Source: Acutalibacteraceae bacterium
GTDB lineage: Bacteria; Bacillota; Clostridia; Oscillospirales; Acutalibacteraceae
Assembly: GCA_045536955.1 (NCBI GenBank)
Contig: JAZSOM010000037.1
Coordinates: 16,973-80,972 of the forward strand
Direction of reading: 5' to 3'
Length of the DNA: 64,000 nucleotides
The notes under the pieces were generated by a model that worked only from the letters and a program-made list of their open reading frames with translations, ran no database searches and was not told where the DNA came from. Below, in pieces: positions 47,867-56,701 of the stretch. Made by a program: the position numbers and the translations under genes. Every line of letters begins with the position of its first letter. Position 1 is the stretch's first letter.

Positions 47867-48946
47867 ATGAGCAGATTTTTCAGCAAAAGGTTTAATTCTC
47901 TTGCTGCTTACACTCCGGGTGAGCAGCCGCAGGATCAGAACTATATAAAACTCAACACAAACGAGTCGCCGTTTGAACCTTCTCCCAAAGTCTTGCAGGC
48001 ACTCAACGGCACAGAGATTGCTAAACTGAAATTATATTCCGACCCCGAGTGTAAGCACACGGTCAGCGCAATTGCGGAATACTGCGGAGTTGAAAGCAAA
48101 AATGTTGTCCTCGGCAACGGTTCCGATGAAATACTTTCTTTTATTTTTCAGGCGTTTTGCGATAAAGATACTCCTGTTGCATATCCCGACATAAGCTATG
48201 GTTTTTATTCGGTTTTTGCTCAGCTTTACGGTCTTGAGTCGCAGGTCATTGCGCTAAGAGATGATTATTCGCTTTGTGTTGACGATTATTGCGGGTTGAA
48301 CAAAACCATCGTAATCGCAAATCCCAACGCACCGACAGGTATGGCTGTCAGCCTTAAGGATATTGAAAAGATTCTTGTTTCAAACCCGAACAATATAGTT
48401 GTTATTGATGAGGCTTACGTCGATTTCGGTGCTGATAGTGCGGTTAGCTTAATAAAGAAATATACCAATCTCATAGTTGTTCAGACCTTTTCTAAATCAC
48501 GTCAGCTTGCGGGCGCAAGGCTTGGCTTTGCCGTTGCGCATGAGGATATAATAACGGACCTTAATACGGTTCGTTTTTCGACAAACCCGTATAACATAAA
48601 CCGCCTGACATTGCTTGCAGGTGAGGCGGCAATAAAAGATAAAGATTACTTTGAAACCACAAGAAATCAAATAATCGCTAACCGCGAATATACCGCATCT
48701 CAGCTTAAAAAGCGCGGATTCAGAGTGCTCGACTCGAAAACAAACTTCCTCTTTGCCGCTCATAAAACAGCAGGCGGTGAGTCGCTTTATAAGGCTCTCA
48801 AAGCGGATGGGATTCTTGTTCGCTATTTCAATAAACCAAGGCTTTCTGATTTCCTGCGCATAACCGTAGGCACAAAAGAACAGATGGATGCCTTACTTTC
48901 TTCACTTGATAAAATTCTCGACCGAAAGGATGATAACGATGCGTAA
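47867..48946 (+). CDS. hisC: histidinol-phosphate aminotransferase
   Basis: Class-II aminotransferase. LNTNESP motif and the PLP-lysine context TFSKS. Confidence 0.9.
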   Translation: MSRFFSKRFNSLAAYTPGEQPQDQNYIKLNTNESPFEPSPKVLQALNGTEIAKLKLYSDPECKHTVSAIAEYCGVESKNVVLGNGSDEILSFIFQAFCDKDTPVAYPDISYGFYSVFAQLYGLESQVIALRDDYSLCVDDYCGLNKTIVIANPNAPTGMAVSLKDIEKILVSNPNNIVVIDEAYVDFGADSAVSLIKKYTNLIVVQTFSKSRQLAGARLGFAVAHEDIITDLNTVRFSTNPYNINRLTLLAGEAAIKDKDYFETTRNQIIANREYTASQLKKRGFRVLDSKTNFLFAAHKTAGGESLYKALKADGILVRYFNKPRLSDFLRITVGTKEQMDALLSSLDKILDRKDDNDA

Positions 48947-49526
48947 AAGCGAAATAAAAAGGAACACAGCCGAAACTCAGATTGAGCTGACCCTTGACCT
49001 TGACGGCAGCGGAAAAAGCAGAATCGATACCGGTTGCGGTTTTCTCGACCATATGCTGACTCTTTTTGCAAAGCACGGAAGGTTTGACCTTGCGGTAACC
49101 TGTAAGGGTGATACGCAGGTCGATTATCATCACACTGTTGAAGACATCGGTATCTGCCTCGGTCAGGCTTTCGCTCAGGCTCTCGGTAATATGGCGGGTA
49201 TCAAACGTTACGGTGATATTATTCTTCCTATGGATGAATCACTTGTTATGTGTGCTGTCGATATTTCGGGCAGAGCTCACCTCAGCCTCGATTTGGGTGA
49301 TATCAATCCCCGAGTCGGTGATTTTGATACGGAGCTTGTTTCGGAGTTTTTGCTTGGCTTTGTGCGTAATGCAAAGATGACTCTTCATATCAAGCTTCTT
49401 TACGGCTCAAACACACATCACATAATTGAGGGCAGCTTTAAGGCACTTGCCCGTGTGCTCGCCAATGCAGTAAGCATTGATGAAAAATATATCAACGAAA
49501 TTCCGTCAACCAAGGGAGTGCTTTAA
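48939..49526 (+). CDS. hisB: imidazoleglycerol-phosphate dehydratase (monofunctional)
   Basis: 195 aa. RNTAETQI N-terminus, HHTVEDIGI and HHIIE motifs. No phosphatase domain. The ATG at 48939 overlaps hisC by 8 nt. Confidence 0.95.
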   Translation: MRKSEIKRNTAETQIELTLDLDGSGKSRIDTGCGFLDHMLTLFAKHGRFDLAVTCKGDTQVDYHHTVEDIGICLGQAFAQALGNMAGIKRYGDIILPMDESLVMCAVDISGRAHLSLDLGDINPRVGDFDTELVSEFLLGFVRNAKMTLHIKLLYGSNTHHIIEGSFKALARVLANAVSIDEKYINEIPSTKGVL

Positions 49527-49528
49527 TC

Positions 49529-50137
49529 TTGCTTGCAATTATTGATTACGGTGTCGGCAATATCTTTTCGCTGTATTCCTCGTTCAAATTCATAGGCGAA
49601 GAGGTTGTGCTGACCAACGATAAAAAAATTATTGATTCCTGTTCGCACATAATTCTGCCGGGTGTCGGTGCATTTGCCGATGCTAAACGTAAGCTCGATG
49701 AGAGCGGTATGGCAGATGTTGTCAGGGAACAGGTTAAATCCGGCAAACCGCTTATGGGTATCTGCCTTGGAATGCAGATGCTTTTTGACAAAAGCTTCGA
49801 GTACGGTGAGCACGACGGATTAGGTCTTATTTCCGGTAACGTCAGACCTATTTCAGACGTAATACCGACTGAGCTTAAAATTCCTCACATCGGTTGGAAT
49901 TCTCTTGAATTTACTGCTGAAAATAAGCTTTTTAAATACATAAAGAACGGTGACCACGTATATTTTGTTCACTCGTTTTATGCAGCCGATTGCGCTTCGG
50001 ATACAATTGCCGTTTCCGAATACGGTGTACCGCTTACTGCTGCCGTTGCAAAAGATAACGTATACGGCTGCCAGTTTCATCCCGAAAAAAGCGGTGGCGT
50101 AGGTATGAACATTTTAAAGGCTTTCTGCGAGTTATAA
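49529..50137 (+). CDS. hisH: imidazole glycerol phosphate synthase, glutaminase subunit
   Basis: GATase-1 triad context (GICLGMQ, FHPEKS). TTG start. Confidence 0.95.
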   Translation: MLAIIDYGVGNIFSLYSSFKFIGEEVVLTNDKKIIDSCSHIILPGVGAFADAKRKLDESGMADVVREQVKSGKPLMGICLGMQMLFDKSFEYGEHDGLGLISGNVRPISDVIPTELKIPHIGWNSLEFTAENKLFKYIKNGDHVYFVHSFYAADCASDTIAVSEYGVPLTAAVAKDNVYGCQFHPEKSGGVGMNILKAFCEL

Positions 50138-50150
50138 GAGGTGAATCCGA

Positions 50151-50873
50151 ATGAAACTTTTTCCCGCAATTGATTTAAAAGATAAGAAGGTTGTACGCCT
50201 TTATAAGGGTGACTACAATCAGATGACGGTTTACGGCACAAATCCGCTTGAAACCGCAAAGCAGTTCAAAGCAAAGGGTGCCGAATATCTTCACGTTGTT
50301 GATCTTGACGGAGCAAAAGACGGCGATAATCCCAATTTTCAGATTGTTGCCGACCTTGCCGCAAACAGCGGTCTTAAGGTGGAGATAGGCGGTGGTATTC
50401 GCAGCGAAGATATAATAAAGCGTTATATCGATGCCGGTGTAATGCGTGTTATTCTCGGTACGGTTGCAATTTCGAATCCTGAGTTTGTTGCTGAAATGGT
50501 CAGAAAATACGGCGATAAAATAGCTGTCGGTGTTGATATGCTTGACGGTAAGGTTGCAACCCACGGTTGGACAAACGTTTCCGAAGTTGACGGCTTTGAT
50601 TTTTGCGAAAAGCTTGAGCAAATGGGTGTTGCCACTGTAATTTGCACCGATATTTCAAAGGACGGCGCAATGCAGGGCACAAACCGTGAGCTTTACCGTG
50701 AAATGGTAAAACGCTTTAAATTTGATACGGTTGCTTCAGGCGGCGTTTCAACTCTTGATGACGTAATTGCCCTTAACGAAATGAACGTTTACGGTACAAT
50801 ACTCGGTAAGGCGCTCTATACAGATGCAATTGATCTTGAAGATGCAGTTAAAATAACGTCGGGGGATAAATAA
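50151..50873 (+). CDS. hisA: ProFAR isomerase
   Basis: FPAIDLKD N-terminus and the HisA (beta/alpha)8 pattern. Confidence 0.95.
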   Translation: MKLFPAIDLKDKKVVRLYKGDYNQMTVYGTNPLETAKQFKAKGAEYLHVVDLDGAKDGDNPNFQIVADLAANSGLKVEIGGGIRSEDIIKRYIDAGVMRVILGTVAISNPEFVAEMVRKYGDKIAVGVDMLDGKVATHGWTNVSEVDGFDFCEKLEQMGVATVICTDISKDGAMQGTNRELYREMVKRFKFDTVASGGVSTLDDVIALNEMNVYGTILGKALYTDAIDLEDAVKITSGDK

Positions 50874-51632
50874 ATGATTACAAAGAGAATAATTCCTTGC
50901 CTTGATGTTAAAAACGGCAGGGTAGTAAAGGGAGTTAATTTTGAAGGTCTGTCTGATGTTTCTTCTCCTGTTGAACTTGCCGATTATTACAGCAGAGCAG
51001 GTGCTGATGAGCTTGTTTTTTACGATATAACAGCTTCCGTTGAGGGCAGGCAGATATTTACCGATATTCTCAAAGAGGCCGCTTCCAAGATATTTATTCC
51101 GCTTACTGTCGGCGGCGGTATCACAACGCTTGATGATTTCGAACGTGTGCTCAAATGCGGCGCCGATAAGGTAAGCGTTAATTCCGGCGCAATCAAAAAT
51201 CCCTCAATAATTGAAGAAGCTGCAAAAAAATACGGAGATCAATGTGTTGTGCTTTCGGCAGACATAAAACGTGTTGACGGTAAATTCAAGGTTTTCAAAA
51301 ACGGAGGCAGAGTCAATACTGAAATCGATGCTCTTGAATGGATCAAATTCGGTGTGGACAGCGGTGCCGGCGAAATTGTTGTCAACAGTATTGATACCGA
51401 TGGTGTTAAGAAGGGCTTTGACCTCGAGATGCTTGAGGCTGTATGCAATATAGTCTCCGTGCCCGTTATCGCTTCGGGCGGTGCAGGCGGTATTGACGAT
51501 TTTACAAAGCTGTTCAAAACTCTTCCCGGTGTTGATGCGGGTCTTGCCGCTTCAATCTTCCATTTCGGTGAGGTTACAATAGACGCGCTCAAGCGCGAGC
51601 TAGCTAATAACGGAATTAATGTTAGGATATAA
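50874..51632 (+). CDS. hisF: imidazole glycerol phosphate synthase, cyclase subunit
   Basis: [17 protein letters not shown]-terminus and the HisF pattern. Confidence 0.95.
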   Translation: MITKRIIPCLDVKNGRVVKGVNFEGLSDVSSPVELADYYSRAGADELVFYDITASVEGRQIFTDILKEAASKIFIPLTVGGGITTLDDFERVLKCGADKVSVNSGAIKNPSIIEEAAKKYGDQCVVLSADIKRVDGKFKVFKNGGRVNTEIDALEWIKFGVDSGAGEIVVNSIDTDGVKKGFDLEMLEAVCNIVSVPVIASGGAGGIDDFTKLFKTLPGVDAGLAASIFHFGEVTIDALKRELANNGINVRI

Positions 51633-51643
51633 GGAGAAGAAAG

Positions 51644-52294
51644 ATGATTAACATTGATGAACTCAAGTTTGATTCACAGGGTCTTATCCCTGCAATAGTT
51701 GTGGATTATGCAACAAAAAAGGTGCTCACACTTGCATATATGAACAAAGAGAGCCTTGAAATTACACTTGAAGAGGGTAAAACCTGCTTCTGGTCCCGCT
51801 CACGTCAAAAGCTTTGGCGTAAAGGTGAAACTTCAGGCAATTATCAGCATGTCAAGAGCATTACGGCTGACTGTGACAGGGATGCTCTTGTCATAAAGGT
51901 TAAGAAGGACGGTCCTGCCTGCCATAAGGGAACCGATTCCTGTTTTACAAAAACAGTCTACAAGCAGGATGGTTATCAGGATTTTTCAATTGAGGCGCTT
52001 GTTGAGCTTCTCAAATCAAGAAAAGAAAACCCGCCTGCAGGTTCTTATACAAGCTATCTTTTCGAAAAGGGAATCGACAAGATTCTCAAGAAGGTAGGCG
52101 AGGAGTCGACGGAGGTTATCATAGCTGCAAAAGCCGATGACAAAAAAGAAACAATTTATGAGGTTGCTGACCTTGCTTATCACGTTCTTGTTATGATGGT
52201 TGAAATGGGCATTTCGGTAGAGGATATTATGAATGAGCTCTCTTCTCGCCACGTTATTGACCATAAGGTAAAGCAGGAAAAAATGACAAAATAA
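51644..52294 (+). CDS. hisI: bifunctional phosphoribosyl-AMP cyclohydrolase / phosphoribosyl-ATP diphosphatase
   Basis: HisI motifs ([18 protein letters not shown]) followed by a HisE MazG-like C-terminal half. Confidence 0.9.
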   Translation: MINIDELKFDSQGLIPAIVVDYATKKVLTLAYMNKESLEITLEEGKTCFWSRSRQKLWRKGETSGNYQHVKSITADCDRDALVIKVKKDGPACHKGTDSCFTKTVYKQDGYQDFSIEALVELLKSRKENPPAGSYTSYLFEKGIDKILKKVGEESTEVIIAAKADDKKETIYEVADLAYHVLVMMVEMGISVEDIMNELSSRHVIDHKVKQEKMTK

Positions 52295-52310
52295 TTACGG
52301 AAATGCGCAG

Positions 52311-52346
52311 AACAGCTCGGCCGAATGGTTGAGCTGTTTCATTTTT
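52311..52346 (+). terminator. intrinsic terminator ending the met-his array
   Basis: Stem AACAGCTC (52311-52318) / GAGCTGTT (52331-52338), followed by TCATTTTTG. Confidence 0.7.
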
Positions 52347-52471
52347 GTAACCAAGTTTTTACAAAAATTACAATATTATTAAGATTTGGTACAATGCTTG
52401 AATTAGGAGGAGAAATATGTTAAGTATTAGCCACGGGGGTACCGTAAATAAGTTTTAGAGGGATGAACAAA

Positions 52472-53743
52472 ATGAAAAAAGTTAAACGTTTTCTTGCAGT
52501 ATTTATGTCAGCGGTTATTTTGCTCGGCACAATGGCTTTCAGTTCTTTTGCGGCGTCGGGCATACAGTCTGTTGATATCAGCCTTGATGTTGCTCCGGGT
52601 GTTGATATTTCAGATTGGGAAGAGTATTTAACGTTAAATACTTCCGGGGTTAAAGTCATTGACAGTTTTGACAGCTACCAGTTTTTAGTCTTTGACAGTA
52701 ATTATAATTTGGCAGACGGTGAGTTTGAAATAGGCAATGATTACTATTTTGAATTTATGCTTGAGTTGGAAGAGGGTTATCGTTTGCCCGGCAGTGAGTT
52801 TGAATTTGAAGGCGTTACCATTAACGGCGAGGGCGCGGAATACTATTTATGGTATGAAGATACAGCTGACGGTAACGATGTTATTTATGTTTGCTATTAT
52901 ATCAGCATAGGCGGTCCGATTTCTGAGATTGACCTTACGGTTGACGTATACGGTGATATGATCAAATCAAACTATTATAGATTTATTAAAATGAATTCAA
53001 ACGGTATGTATTTCTACTACGGCAACTTCCATCCGATAAATATCATTGATTCTGAAGGTAATTCGGTTGATGTCTTTGTATCGGGTGAAACCTATACGCT
53101 GGAAATTTTCTTTGAGCCTAAAGAAAATTGCAACTTTGCCAAGGATTCCACCGGTGCTTTCGCGTTGGAAAGCGTAACCGTAAACGGTGAGGATGCTGAA
53201 TATTATATCGATTCCTATACCACAAACGGTTATTATGAATATGTCAAAATTGTCACTCAGGTGACGGCAAAAACTCCCTCGTATATCAACAGCATTGCTA
53301 TTGGTATTGATACCGATCTCACAGATGTGTCCGTAGGCGATTGGGAGGATTACGTTACAATCCATACAGAAGGTATCGTTTTCGAAGATTATCTCGGTGA
53401 CCCCGCAGTTTGGGCTGTTAACGCCACAGGTGATTCGGTTGAAACATTCAAAAAAGGTGACGTTTATAACTTATATATTTGCTTCAGAGCAGAAGACGGT
53501 TATTTCTTCCCGGGTGACGAGACTTTTGACAGTCTGATGGTTAACGGAGAAGAAAACGGCAATTACTATTTCAGCTCTTATATAGCATCTGACGGAGAGG
53601 AAATCTATTATTTATGCATCGAAAATTACGTTGACCTTGTAGGCGACAGCTTTATTGATCAGATTATCTATTTCTTCAGAATGCTGTTCTATAATATTTC
53701 TTCATTCTTTTCAGGTCTGTTCTTTGGTGAATACTACTATTAA
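52472..53743 (+). CDS. secreted protein with three tandem ~120-aa repeats and a C-terminal hydrophobic/aromatic tail
   Basis: Signal peptide (FLAVFMSAVILLGTMAFSSFAAS). Each repeat ends in V(T/M)(I/V)NGE..(A/G)(E/N)YY. The ATG at 52472 is preferred (9 nt from GAGGG). Confidence 0.7.
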   Translation: MKKVKRFLAVFMSAVILLGTMAFSSFAASGIQSVDISLDVAPGVDISDWEEYLTLNTSGVKVIDSFDSYQFLVFDSNYNLADGEFEIGNDYYFEFMLELEEGYRLPGSEFEFEGVTINGEGAEYYLWYEDTADGNDVIYVCYYISIGGPISEIDLTVDVYGDMIKSNYYRFIKMNSNGMYFYYGNFHPINIIDSEGNSVDVFVSGETYTLEIFFEPKENCNFAKDSTGAFALESVTVNGEDAEYYIDSYTTNGYYEYVKIVTQVTAKTPSYINSIAIGIDTDLTDVSVGDWEDYVTIHTEGIVFEDYLGDPAVWAVNATGDSVETFKKGDVYNLYICFRAEDGYFFPGDETFDSLMVNGEENGNYYFSSYIASDGEEIYYLCIENYVDLVGDSFIDQIIYFFRMLFYNISSFFSGLFFGEYYY

Positions 53744-53747
53744 AAAG

Positions 53748-53783
53748 AAAGAGCTCAACTTAACGGTTGAGCTCTTTTGGTTT
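53748..53783. terminator. bidirectional intrinsic terminator
   Basis: 12-bp stem AAAGAGCTCAAC / GTTGAGCTCTTT, flanked by an A-run and a T-run. Confidence 0.85.
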
Positions 53784-53792
53784 GCGGTTGTT

Positions 53793-55181
53793 TTAGGCTT
53801 TGTGCCATTTAACCCCTTGAGGTGTGTCCTCAAGCACTATACCCATTGCTTTTATTTTGTCGCGGATTTCATCAGCCTTTGCCCAGTTTTTATCTTTCCT
53901 TGCCTGTGCACGCTGTGCGATAAGTTCCTCGATTTCCTCGTCAAGGCTAGCCTTGCTTCTGTTGTATACGAGTCCGAGAACATCTGTCAGTTCGTCAAAA
54001 GCCTTGCTTGCAATTGAAAGTGTGTTTTTGTTAGCGCCTGCTGCAATGGCTGTGTTTATATCTCTTACAAGCTCGAATACTGCTGCGATTGCATCAGCAG
54101 TGTTAAGGTCATCATCCATTGCGGTGATAAACTGCTCAATTCTGCCGTGAACTTTGCTGTTGAATTCGTTGTCGAGTTCGCCTTCGGCTGCGTTTTCAAG
54201 TGCAAAATCAAGATTGTTGCGGCAGGTGTAAAGTCTTTCGAGTGAAGCATTGCACTGCTCGATAATTTCGGTGTTGTAGTTGATGGGACTGCGGTAGTGT
54301 GATGAGATGAGGAAATAACGTACGGGCTCATAACCGTATTTTTCTGCAACATCGCGTACGGTGAAGAAGTTACCGAGCGATTTTGACATCTTTACGTTGT
54401 CAACGTTGATATAACCGTTATGCATCCAGTAATTAGCAAAACTTGCTCCGTTGCAACATTCGCTCTGCGCAATTTCATTTTCGTGGTGGGGGAATATAAG
54501 GTCCTGTCCGCCGCAGTGAATGTCTATTGTTGTGCCGAGGTAGCGGCGAACCATTGCAGAGCACTCAATGTGCCAGCCGGGTCTGCCGTGACCCCAGGGG
54601 GACTCCCAGTAGGGCTCGCCGGGTTTTGCACCCTTCCAGAGTGCAAAGTCCATAGGTTCACGCTTGATTTCTTCTACGTTGATTCGTGCACCTGCCTCAA
54701 GCTCTTCAAGCGGCTGATGTGAAAGCTTGCCGTATTCATCAAACTTCTTGGGGCTGAAGTAAACGTCGCCGTCAACGGCGTAAGCAAAACCTTTGTCTAT
54801 AAGTGTTGAGATGATTGAAATAATTTCATCAATGTTTTCTGTTGCCTTCGGATGCACAGTTGCTTCGCGCACGTTCATACCTTTGGCATCCTTCCAGAAT
54901 TCTTCGATATACTTTTCACTGACTTCTTTATAGGTGAGTCCTTCCTCGTTTGCACGTCGGATAATCTTATCGTCAATGTCGGTAAAGTTCTGCACAAATC
55001 TGACGTCGTATCCGCGATATTCCATATAGCGGCGGAGAACGTCGAAAACGCACAAAGGTCTTGCGTTGCCGATATGAATAAAGTTGTAAACGGTAGGACC
55101 GCAGGCGTATACTTTGAGTACGCCGGGCTCAATTGTTTTAAGTTCCTGCTTTGAGCGTGTGAGGGTGTTGAAAATCTTCAT
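53793..55181 (-). CDS. cysS: cysteine--tRNA ligase
   Basis: HIGN (HIGH-type) motif, KMSKS, 462 aa, CysRS pattern throughout. Confidence 0.95.
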   Translation of the reverse strand: MKIFNTLTRSKQELKTIEPGVLKVYACGPTVYNFIHIGNARPLCVFDVLRRYMEYRGYDVRFVQNFTDIDDKIIRRANEEGLTYKEVSEKYIEEFWKDAKGMNVREATVHPKATENIDEIISIISTLIDKGFAYAVDGDVYFSPKKFDEYGKLSHQPLEELEAGARINVEEIKREPMDFALWKGAKPGEPYWESPWGHGRPGWHIECSAMVRRYLGTTIDIHCGGQDLIFPHHENEIAQSECCNGASFANYWMHNGYINVDNVKMSKSLGNFFTVRDVAEKYGYEPVRYFLISSHYRSPINYNTEIIEQCNASLERLYTCRNNLDFALENAAEGELDNEFNSKVHGRIEQFITAMDDDLNTADAIAAVFELVRDINTAIAAGANKNTLSIASKAFDELTDVLGLVYNRSKASLDEEIEELIAQRAQARKDKNWAKADEIRDKIKAMGIVLEDTPQGVKWHKA

Positions 55182-55832
55182 TTATTTTTTCTCCTCTTTT
55201 AAAGATTTGATTTGTTTGTTAAGCTTATCAATCTGAATCTGCATTTTGCAAAGTTCCATTGCAATCGGGTCGGGAATGTGGATCTGATCGAGGTCATCAA
55301 CGCGTTTGCCATTTTGTTTTACAACTCTTGCAGGCACACCGACAGCCGTTGAGTTAGGCGGTATTTCTTCAAGCACAACAGCGCCTGCGGCAATGTTGGT
55401 GTTGTCTCCTATTTTGAACGGGCCCAATACTTTTGCACCCGCTCCTATCAGAACGTTATTGCCGATCGTCGGATGACGTTTGCCTGTGTGATGGCCTGTA
55501 CCTCCGAGTGTTACACCCTGATATATCGTAACGTCGTCGCCGATAACTGCCGTTTCGCCGATTACGACACCGGTTCCGTGGTCAATAAAAAATCTTTTGC
55601 CGATTTGTGCTGCAGGATGTATTTCGATACCGGTTTTTTTGGCGGCCTTCTGTGAAATCAGTCTTGCCATAAAGAATAGCTTGTGCTTATAACAGAAGTG
55701 AGCTCTGCGGTGCATACGTACTGCTTTAAGTCCGGGGTAAAGCATCAGTATCTCAAGCGATGAGCGTGCCGCAGGGTCGCGCTGTTTAACGCAGGCTATA
55801 TCTTCTCTGAGTTGTCTGAACAATAACATCAC
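55182..55832 (-). CDS. cysE: serine O-acetyltransferase
   Basis: SATase N-terminal helical domain plus hexapeptide repeats (GTGVVIGETAVIGDDVTIYQGVTLGG). The exact start is uncertain (GTG 55832 or ATG 55829). Confidence 0.9.
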   Translation of the reverse strand: MMLLFRQLREDIACVKQRDPAARSSLEILMLYPGLKAVRMHRRAHFCYKHKLFFMARLISQKAAKKTGIEIHPAAQIGKRFFIDHGTGVVIGETAVIGDDVTIYQGVTLGGTGHHTGKRHPTIGNNVLIGAGAKVLGPFKIGDNTNIAAGAVVLEEIPPNSTAVGVPARVVKQNGKRVDDLDQIHIPDPIAMELCKMQIQIDKLNKQIKSLKEEKK

Positions 55833-55842
55833 CTCTGTAAAT

Positions 55843-56101
55843 AAAAAAGCTCCGTCACCCCAAAAGGTGACGGAGGCGATTTGGTTCGCGGTTCCACTCC
55901 GACATTGTACTCGGTAAGGCTCAAATAAGCCTCAGGCGGATAACGGTGCCTACCGTACGGGAATACTGTCATTTCCTCCCGTCTGCTCGCGGGTGCATTC
56001 GCCCTGCAACTCAACAGTGTGCTTGCAGCAGAATGCACACCTCTCTGGGATGAGTTATATGCCTGGGTTACTGGTCCCGTTCAACGCATTTTAACTAATT
56101 T
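55843..56101 (-). promoter_or_regulatory. T-box riboswitch leader (Cys specifier UGC) controlling cysE-cysS
   Basis: On the minus strand, in order: Stem I start UGCGUUGA, AGAGA bulge, GAA-UGC-A specifier context (UGC = 55997-55995), F-box CCGUUA (55946-55941), T-box GGAGUGGAACCGCG (55900-55887), and the terminator CTCCGTCACC/GGTGACGGAG plus a U-run (55875-55843). Confidence 0.85.
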
Positions 56102-56107
56102 TAGTTT

Positions 56108-56136
56108 ATTATATGCAATTTATTTTGAGAAGTCAA
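56108..56136 (-). promoter_or_regulatory. sigma-A promoter of the T-box leader, embedded in the pgsA 3' end
   Basis: Minus strand reads TTGACT (56136-56131), 17-nt spacer, TATAAT (56113-56108). The pgsA stop codon is at 56122-56120. Confidence 0.6.
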
Positions 56137-56701
56137 TTGTTTTTTTTGCCTGAATAAGGTAAATAATGCCCGAAACAGCTGCAAGCACAGCTGTAATCCA
56201 TATCATGATGTTTGATACCGTATAAAAGCTGTCTTTAAGGAAAGCTAATTTTTCAACAACTGCATCCCATTCAAGAAGTTCACCCCAGATAAGGATAACA
56301 ACTGTGAAGGTCATCTGAGAAGCTGTTTTGATTTTGCCCCAGATGTTAGCCGGAACAACAATGTTTTGCGCAGCGGAGATAAGTCTCATTGAAGTGACGA
56401 TAAACTCTCTTGTAAGAATTATAAACACAGGCCACGCGCTGCATATATCAAGCTGAATGAAGGCAAGAAGCGCTGCTGTTGTAAGCATTTTGTCTGCAAC
56501 CGGATCGAGAAATTTACCGAATGTTGTAATTTGGTTGTTTTTTCTTGCAAGTTTGCCGTCAATTGCATCGGTTGCCGAAGCAATTGCAAAAATCAATCCC
56601 GAAATAAGAAAGCGATGGGGTAGGGGGAACAGAATTGCAAGCATAAACAGTGGAGTTATAATAACTCTCGCAACCGTCAGTTTGTTAGGTGTATTCATCA
56701 T
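56120..56701 (-). CDS. pgsA: CDP-diacylglycerol--glycerol-3-phosphate 3-phosphatidyltransferase
   Basis: CDP-alcohol phosphatidyltransferase motif D-x2-DG-x2-AR...G...D-x3-D (DAIDGKLARKNNQITTFGKFLDPVADK). Confidence 0.9.
   Translation of the reverse strand: MMNTPNKLTVARVIITPLFMLAILFPLPHRFLISGLIFAIASATDAIDGKLARKNNQITTFGKFLDPVADKMLTTAALLAFIQLDICSAWPVFIILTREFIVTSMRLISAAQNIVVPANIWGKIKTASQMTFTVVILIWGELLEWDAVVEKLAFLKDSFYTVSNIMIWITAVLAAVSGIIYLIQAKKTIDFSK

Noticed and set aside
55993-56038. An 8-bp complementarity, GUGCAUUC / GAAUGCAC, inside the T-box Stem I that would bury the proposed UGC specifier.
   Set aside because: The alternative fold (AACUCA/UGAGUU plus GUGUGC/GCACAC helices) reproduces the canonical Stem I order of K-turn, specifier loop, AG bulge and distal loop. 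It also leaves GAA-UGC-A in the expected context. I kept this as a caveat to test by covariance-model alignment.
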